A stretch of 64,000 nt of DNA from the NCBI RefSeq assembly GCF_009914755.1, contig NC_060933.1; one strand, written 5' to 3'. Positions within the stretch are counted from its first letter, which is position 1, and every line of letters starts with the position of its first letter. The position numbers and the translations under genes are program-made. The stretch is from the human T2T-CHM13v2.0 reference genome, Homo sapiens. This document shows positions 56,901-64,000 of this stretch, one piece after another. Under the pieces are notes generated by a model. That model was not told the DNA's origin, ran no database searches, and worked only from the letters and a program-made list of their open reading frames with translations.

Positions 56901-59885
56901 GAAACGGGAATATCTTCATATAAAATCAAGACAGAAGCATTCTCAGAAACTTCTCTGTGATGTTTGCATTCAACTCATAGAGTTGAACACTTCCCTTCAT
57001 ACAGCAGGTTTGAAACACTCTTTTTGTAATATTTGGAAGTGGACATTTGCAGCGCTTTGAGGCCTATGATGAAAAAGGAAATATCTTCCCATAAAAACTA
57101 GACAGAAGCATTCTCAGAAACTTGTTTGTGATGTGTGTATTCAACTAACAGAGATGAACCTTTCTTTTTACAGAGCAGTTTTGAAACACTCTTTTTGTGG
57201 AATCTGAAAGTGGATATTTGGATAGCTTTGCGGATTTCGTTGGAAACGGGATTGCATATAAAATCTAGGGAGAAGCATTCTCAGGAACTTCTTTGTGATG
57301 TTTGCATTCAAGTCACAGAACTGAACATTCCCTTTCATAGAGCAGGTTTGAAACACTCTTTCTGTAGTATCTGCAAGCGGACGTTTGAAGCGCTTTCAGG
57401 CCTGTGGTGAAAAAGGAAATATCTTCAAATAAAAACTAGACAGAAGCATTCTCAGAAACTTACTTGCGATGTGTGTTCTCAACTAAAAGAGTTGAACCTT
57501 TGTTTGGATACAGCATTTTGGAAACACTCTTTTTGTAGAATCTGCAAGTGGATATTTGGATAGCTTTGTAGGTTTCGTTGGAAACGGGAATATCTTCATA
57601 TAAAATCAAGACAGAAGCATTCTCAGAAACTTCTCTGTGATGTTTGCATTCAACTCATAGAGTTGAACACTTCCCTTCATACAGCAGGTTTGAAACACTC
57701 TTTTTCTAATATTTGGAAGTGGACATTTGCAGCGCTTTGAGGCCTATGTTGAAAAAGGAAATATCTTCTCCTAAAAACCAGACAGAAGCATTCTCAGAAA
57801 CATCCTTGTGATGTGTGTACTCAAGTAACAGAGTTGAACCTTCCTTTTGACAGAGCAGTTTTGAAGCACTCTTTTTGTAGAATCTGCAAGTGGATATTTT
57901 GATACCTTTGAGGATTTCGTTGGACACGGGATATCTTCATATAAAATCTAGACAGAAGCATTCTCAGAAACTTCTTTGTGCTGTATGTCCTCAATTAACA
58001 GAGTTGAACCTTTGTGTGGATACAGCATTTTGGAAACATTCCTTTAGTAGAATCTGCAAGTTGATATTTAGATAGCTAGGAAGATTTCCTTGGAAACGGG
58101 AATATCTTCATATAAAATCTAGACGGAAGCATTCTCAGAAAGTGCTTTGTGATGTTTCCATTCAAGTCACAGAGTTGAATATTCCCTTTTATAGAGCAGG
58201 TTTGAAACACTCTTTCTGCACTACCTGGAAGTGGACATTTGGAGCGCTTTGAGGCCTATGTAGAAAAAGGAAATATCTTCCCATAAAAACTAGACAGAAG
58301 CATTGTCAGAAACTTGTTTGTGATGTGTGTATTCAACTAACAGAGATGAACCTTTCTTTTTACAGAACAGTTTTGAAACACTCTTTTTGTGGAATCTGAA
58401 AGTGCATATTTGGATAGCTTTGAGGATTTCGTTGGAAACGGGATTACATATAAAACCTAGAGAGAAGCATTCTCAGGAACTTCTTTGTGATGTTTGCATT
58501 CAAGTCACAGGACTGAACGTTCCCTTTCATAGAGCAGGTTTGAAACACTCTTTCTGTAGTATCTGCAAGCTGACGTTTCATGCGTTTTCAGGCCTATGGT
58601 GAGAAAGGAAATATCTTCAAGTAAAAACTAGACAGAAGCATTCTCAGAAACTTATTTGCCATGTGTGTTCTCAACTAACAGAGTTGAACCTTTGTTTTGA
58701 TACGGCATTTTGGAAACACTCTTTTTGTAGAATCTGCAGGTGGATATTCGGATAGCTTTGAAGGTTTCGTTGGAAACGGGAATATCTTCATATAAAATCT
58801 AGACGGAAGCATTCTCAGAAACTGCTTTGTGATGTTTTCATTCAAGTCACAGAGTAGAATGTTCCCTGTTATATACCAGGTTTGAGACACTCTTTCTGCA
58901 CTACCTGGAAGTGGACGTTTGGAGCGCTTTGAGGCGTATGTTGAAAAAGGAAATATCTTCCCATAAAAACTAGACAGAAGCATTCTCAGAAACTTATTTG
59001 CGATGTGTGTTCTCAACTAAAAGAGTTGAACCTTTGTTTGGATACAGCACTTTGGAAACACTCTTTTTGTAGAATCTGCAAGTGGATATTTGGATAGCTT
59101 TGAAGGTTTCGTTGGAAACGGGAATATCTTCATATAAAATCAAGAGAGAAGCATTCTCAGAAACTTCTCTGTGATGTTTGCATTCAACTCATAGAGTTGA
59201 ACACTTCCCTTCATACAGCTGGTTTGAAACACTCTTTTTCTAATATTTGGAAGTGGACATTTGCAGCGCTTTGAGGCCTATGTTGAAAAAGGAAATATCT
59301 TCTCCTAAAAACCAGACAGAAGCATTCTCAGAAACTTCCTTGTGATGTGTGTACTCAAGTAACAGAGTTGAACCTTCCTTTTGACAGAGCAGTTTTGAAG
59401 CACTCTTTTTGTAGAATCTGCAAGTGGATATTTTGATACCTTTGAGGATTTCGTTGGACACGGGATATCTTCATATAAAATCTAGACAGAAGCATTCTCA
59501 GAAACTTCTTTGTGCTGTATGTCCTCAATTAACAGAGTTGAACCTTTGTGTGGATACAGCATTTTGGAAACATTCCTTTAGGAGAATCTGCAAGTTGATA
59601 TTTAGATAGCTAGGAAGATTTCCTTGGAAACGGGAATATCTTCATATAAAATCTAGACGGAAGCATTCTCAGAAAGTGCTTTGTGATGTTTGCATTCAAG
59701 TCACAGAGTTGAATATTCCCTTTTATAGAGCAGGTTTGAAACACTCTTTCTGCACTACCTGGAAGTGGACATTTGGAGCGCTTTGAGGCCTATGTTGAAA
59801 AAGGAAATATCTTCCCATAAAAACTAGACAGAAGCATTCTCAGAAACTTGTTTGTGATGTGTGTATTCAACTAACAGAGATGAAC
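38470..59885 (+). repeat. Near-perfect tandem duplication with a 10,557-bp period (62 monomers: 9+11+9+9+15+9)
   Basis: Rare SNVs and indels repeat at +10,557: ORF pairs 40281/50838, 42212/52769, 45899/56456, 47770/58327, 48867/59424. The HOR lengths 1534+1872+1533+1534+2550+1534 sum to 10,557. Confidence 0.95.
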
Positions 59886-62800
59886 TTTTCTTTTTACAGA
59901 GCAGTTTTGAAACACTCTTTTTGTGGAATCTGAAAGTGGATATTTGGATAGCTTTGAGGATTTCGTTGGAAACGGGATTACATATAAAACCTAGAGAGAA
60001 GCATTCTCAGGAACTCCTTTGTGATGTTTGCCTTCAAGTCACAGGACTGAACATTCCCTTTCATAGAGCAGGTTTGAAACACTCTTTCTGTAGTATCTGC
60101 AAGCTGACGTTTCAAGCGCTTTCAGGCCTATGGTGAGAAAGGAAATATCTTCAAGTAAAAACTAGACAGAAGCATTCTCAGAAACTTATTTGCCATGTGT
60201 GTTCTCAACTAACAGAGTTGAACCTTTGTTTTGATACGGCATTTTGGAAACACTCTTTTTGTAGAATCTGCAGGTGGATATACGGATATCTTTGAAGGTT
60301 TCGTTGGAAACGGGAATATCTTCATATAAAGTCTAGACGGAAGCATTCTCAGAAACTGCTTTGTGATGTTTTCATTCAAGTCACAGAGTAGAATGTTCGC
60401 TGTTATATACCAGGTTTGAGACACTCTTTCTGCACTACCTGGAAGTGGACGTTTGGAGCGCTTTGAGCCCTATGATGAAAAAGGAAATATCTTCCCATAA
60501 AAACTAGACAGAAGCATTCTCAGAAACTTGTTTGTGATGTGTGTATTCAACTAACAGAGATGAACCTTTCTTTTTACAGAGCAGTTTTGAAACACTCTTT
60601 TTGTGGAATCTGAAAGTGGATATTTGGATAGCTTTGAGGATTTCGTTGGAAACGGGATTACATATAAAATCTAGAGAGAAGCATTCTCAGGAACTTCTTT
60701 GTGATGTTTGCATTCAAGTCACAGAACTGAACATTCCCTTTCATAGAGCATGTTTGAAACACTCTTTCTGTAGTATCTGCAAACGGACATTTCAAACGCT
60801 TTCAGGCCTATGGTGAGAAAGGAAATATCTTCAAATAAAAACTAGACAGAAGCATTCTCAGAAACTTATTTGCGATGTGTGTCCTCAACTAACAGAGTTG
60901 AACCTTTCTTTTGATACAACATTTTGGAAACACTCTTTTTGTAGAATCTGCAAGTGGATATTTGGATAGCTTTGAAGGTTTCGTTGGAAACGGGAATATC
61001 TTCATATAAAATCAAGACAGAAGCATTCTCAGAAACTTCTCTGTGATGTTTGCATTCAACTCATAGAGTTGAACACTTCCCTTCATACAGCAGGTTTGAA
61101 ACACTCTTTTTGTAATATTTGGAAGTGGACATTTGCAGCGCTTTGAGGCCTATGATGAAAAAGGAAATATCTTCCCATAAAAACTAGACAGAAGCATTCT
61201 CAGAAACTTGTTTGTGATGTGTGTATTCAACTAACAGAGATGAACCTTTCTTTTTACAGAGCAGTTTTGAAACACTCTTTTTGTGGAATCTGAAAGTGGA
61301 TATTTGGATAGCTTTGCGGATTTCGTTGGAAACGGGATTACATATAAAATCTAGGGAGAAGCATTCTCAGGAACTTCTTTGTGATGTTTGCATTCAAGTC
61401 ACAGAACTGAACATTCCCTTTCATAGAGCAGGTTTGAAACACTCTTTCTGTAGTATCTGCAAGCGGACGTTTTAAGCGTTTTCAGGCCTGTGGTGAGAAA
61501 GGAAATATCTTCAAATAAAAACTAGACAGAAGCATTCTCAGAAACTTATTTGCGATGTGTGTCCTCAACTAACAGAGTTGAACCTTTCTTTTGATACAAC
61601 ATTTTGGAAACACTCTTTTTGTAGAATCTGCAAGTGGATATTTGGATAGCTTTGAAGGTTTCGTTGGAAACGGGAATATCTTCATATGAAATCAAGACAG
61701 AAGCATTCTCAGAAACTTCTCTGTGATGTTTGCATTCAACTCATAGAGTTGAACACTTCCCTTCATACAGCAGGTTTGAAACACTCTTTTTCTAATATTT
61801 GGAAGTGGACATTTGCAGCGCTTTGAGGCCTATGTTGAAAAAGGAAATATCTTCTCCTAAAAACCAGACAGAAGCATTCTCAGAAACTTCCTTGTGATGT
61901 GTGTACTCAAGTAACAGAGTTGAACCTTCCTTTTGACAGAGCAGTTTTGAAGCACTCTTTTTGTAGAATCTGCAAGTGGATATTTTGATACCTTTGAGGA
62001 TTTCGTTGGACACGGGATATCTTCATATAAAATCTAGACAGAAGCATTCTCAGAAACTTCTTTGTGCTGTATGTCCTCAATTAACAGAGTTGAACCTTTG
62101 TGTGGATACAGCATTTTGGAAACATTCCTTTAGTAGAATCTGCAAGTTGATATTTAGATAGCTAGGAAGATTTCCTTGGAAACGGGAATATCTTCATATA
62201 AAATCTAGACGGAAGCATTCTCAGAAAGTGCTTTGTGATGTTTGCATTCAAGTCACAGAGTTGAATATTCCCTTTTCTAGAGCAGGTTTGAAACACTCTT
62301 TCTGCACTACCTGGAAGTGGACATTTGGAGCGCTTTGAGGCCTATGTTGAAAAACGAAATATCTTCCCATAAAAACTAGACAGAAGCATTCTCAGAAACT
62401 TGTTTGTGATGTGTGTATTCAACTAACAGAGATGAACCTTTCTTTTTACAGAGCAGTTTTGAAACACTCTTTTTGTGGAATCTGAAAGTGGATATTTGGA
62501 TAGCTTTGAGGATTTCGTTGGAAACGGGATTACATATAAAACCTAGAGAGAAGCATTCTCAGGAACTTCTTTGTGATGTTCGCATTCAAGTCACAGGACT
62601 GAACGTTCCCTTTCATAGAGCAGGTTTGAAACACTCTTTCTGTAGTATCTGCAAGCTGACGTTTCATGCGTTTTCAGGCCTATGGTGAGAAAGGAAATAT
62701 CTTCAAGTAAAAACTAGACAGAAGCATTCTCAGAAACTTATTTGCCATGTGTGTTCTCAACTAACAGAGTTGAACCTTTGTTTTGATACGGCATTTTGGA

Positions 62801-64000
62801 AACACTCTTTTTGTAGAATCTGCAGGTGGATATTCGGATAGCTTTGAAGGTTTCGTTGGAAACGGGAATATCTTCATATAAAATCTAGACGGAAGCATTC
62901 TCAGAAACTGCTTTGTGATGTTTTCATTCAAGTCACAGAGTAGAATGTTCCCTGTTATATACCAGGTTTGAGACACTCTTTCTGCACTACCTGGAAGTGG
63001 ACGTTTGGAGCGCTTTGAGGCGTATGTTGAAAAAGGAAATATCTTCCCATAAAAACTAGACAGAAGCATTCTCAGAAACTTATTTGCGATGTGTGTTCTC
63101 AACTAAAAGAGTTGAACCTTTGTTTGGATACAGCACTTTGGAAACACTCTTTTTGTAGAATCTGCAAGTGGATATTTGGATAGCTTTGAAGGTTTCGTTG
63201 GAAACGGGAATATCTTCATATAAAATCAAGAGAGAAGCATTCTCAGAAACTTCTCTGTGATGTTTGCATTCAACTCATAGAGTTGAACACTTCCCTTCAT
63301 ACAGCAGGTTTGAAACACTCTTTTTCTAATATTTGGAAGTGGACATTTGCAGTGCTTTGAGGCCTATGTTGAAAAAGGAAATATCTTCTCCTAAAAACCA
63401 GACAGAAGCATTCTCAGAAACTTCCTTGTGATGTGTGTACTCAAGTAACAGAGTTGAACCTTCCTTTTGACAGAGCAGTTTTGAAGCACTCTTTTTGTAG
63501 AATCTGCAAGTGGATATTTTGATACCTTTGAGGATTTCGTTGGACACGGGATATCTTCATATAAAATCTAGACAGAAGCATTCTCAGAAACTTCTTTGTG
63601 CTGTATGTCCTCAATTAACAGAGTTGAACCTTTGTGTGGATACAGCATTTTGGAAACATTCCTTTAGTAGAATCTGCAAGTTGATATTTAGATAGCTAGG
63701 AAGATTTCCTTGGAAACGGGAATATCTTCATATAAAATCTAGACGGAAGCATTCTCAGAAAGTGCTTTGTGATGTTTGCATTCAAGTCACAGAGTTGAAT
63801 ATTCCCTTTTATAGAGCAGGTTTGAAACACTCTTTCTGCACTACCTGGAAGTGGACATTTGGAGCGCTTTGAGGCCTATGTTGAAAAAGGAAATATCTTC
63901 CCATAAAAACTAGACAGAAGCATTCTCAGAAACTTGTTTGTGATGTGTGTATTCAACTAACAGAGATGAACCTTTCTTTTTACAGAGCAGTTTTGAAACA

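Larger units (their letters stand above)
1..64000 (+). repeat. Alpha satellite (alphoid) higher-order repeat array, centromeric, SF2-like dimeric organisation
   Basis: Continuous ~171-bp monomers, each with the alphoid motif AGACAGAAGCATTCTCAGAAACT...GTTGAAC...TTTGAAACACTCTTT...TGGA. Monomers ending in a CENP-B box (TTTCGTTGGAAACGGGA) alternate with A-type monomers (GGCCTATG..GAAAAAGGAAATATCTTC). Same orientation throughout and no non-alphoid interruption seen. Confidence 0.99.
1..64000 (+). other. Tentative identity: human chromosome 9 live centromeric array D9Z4 (S2C9H1L)
   Basis: The HOR series of 4/7/11/15 monomers built on a ~1.19-kb 7-mer in an SF2-type array matches my recollection of D9Z4. 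D8Z2 and D13Z1/D21Z1 also have 4/7/11-mer variants, so alignment to T2T-CHM13 or HOR-monomer HMMs is needed. Confidence 0.6.

Noticed and set aside
351-63695. More than a hundred repeated 61-142 aa ORFs (MYSTNRD..., MDILIPL..., MSNEILK..., MSQTWY..., MRTHIAN...)
   Set aside because: They are translations of alphoid monomers, often from non-ATG starts. They overlap on both strands, are freely broken by indels and stops, and resemble no protein family I recognise. They are useful only as positional markers.
1-64000. Regularly spaced conserved motif AGACAGAAGCATTCTCAGAAACT resembling a CRISPR-like repeat
   Set aside because: The intervening sequences are homologous monomer bodies rather than unique spacers, the period is ~171 bp, and there are no cas genes.
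1-64000. Possible L1/Alu insertion, inversion or other non-satellite island
   Set aside because: None seen. All marker spacings are explained by whole-monomer multiples with 1-3 bp indels, and motif orientation is constant.
1-64000. Possibility that this is a synthetic Markov-generated centromere model (GRCh38 style)
   Set aside because: Rare variants stay linked over 3-10 kb duplications, which short-range monomer-adjacency models would not be expected to reproduce. A long-read assembly is more likely, though unproven.

Overview
The whole 64 kb window is one uninterrupted, single-orientation array of primate (very probably human) centromeric alpha satellite: roughly 375 monomers of ~171 bp, with CENP-B boxes in about every second monomer. 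It is built from a 680-bp tetramer (monomers I label A-B-C-D) and a 512-bp trimer (E-F-G). These give higher-order repeats (HORs) of 7 (1192 bp), 11 (1872 bp), 15 (2552 bp) and 23 (~3912 bp) monomers, plus a 9-mer (1534 bp) that appears only after ~34.5 kb. The dimeric alternation fits suprachromosomal family 2, and the 4/7/11/15-mer series most resembles the chromosome 9 live array D9Z4 (from recall, not verified). I find no genes, RNA genes, transposons, CRISPR arrays or inversions; all listed ORFs are by-products of the satellite, and I see no new gene system. The notable signal is array evolution: recent local duplications of 5104, 3741, 2726 and 10,557 bp, hybrid monomers that rewire CENP-B box spacing, an interspersed divergent HOR haplotype, a cluster of inactivated CENP-B boxes at 14-19 kb, and clonal expansion of the 9-mer. 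All comparisons were made by eye and from ORF-track spacings, so breakpoints are approximate.
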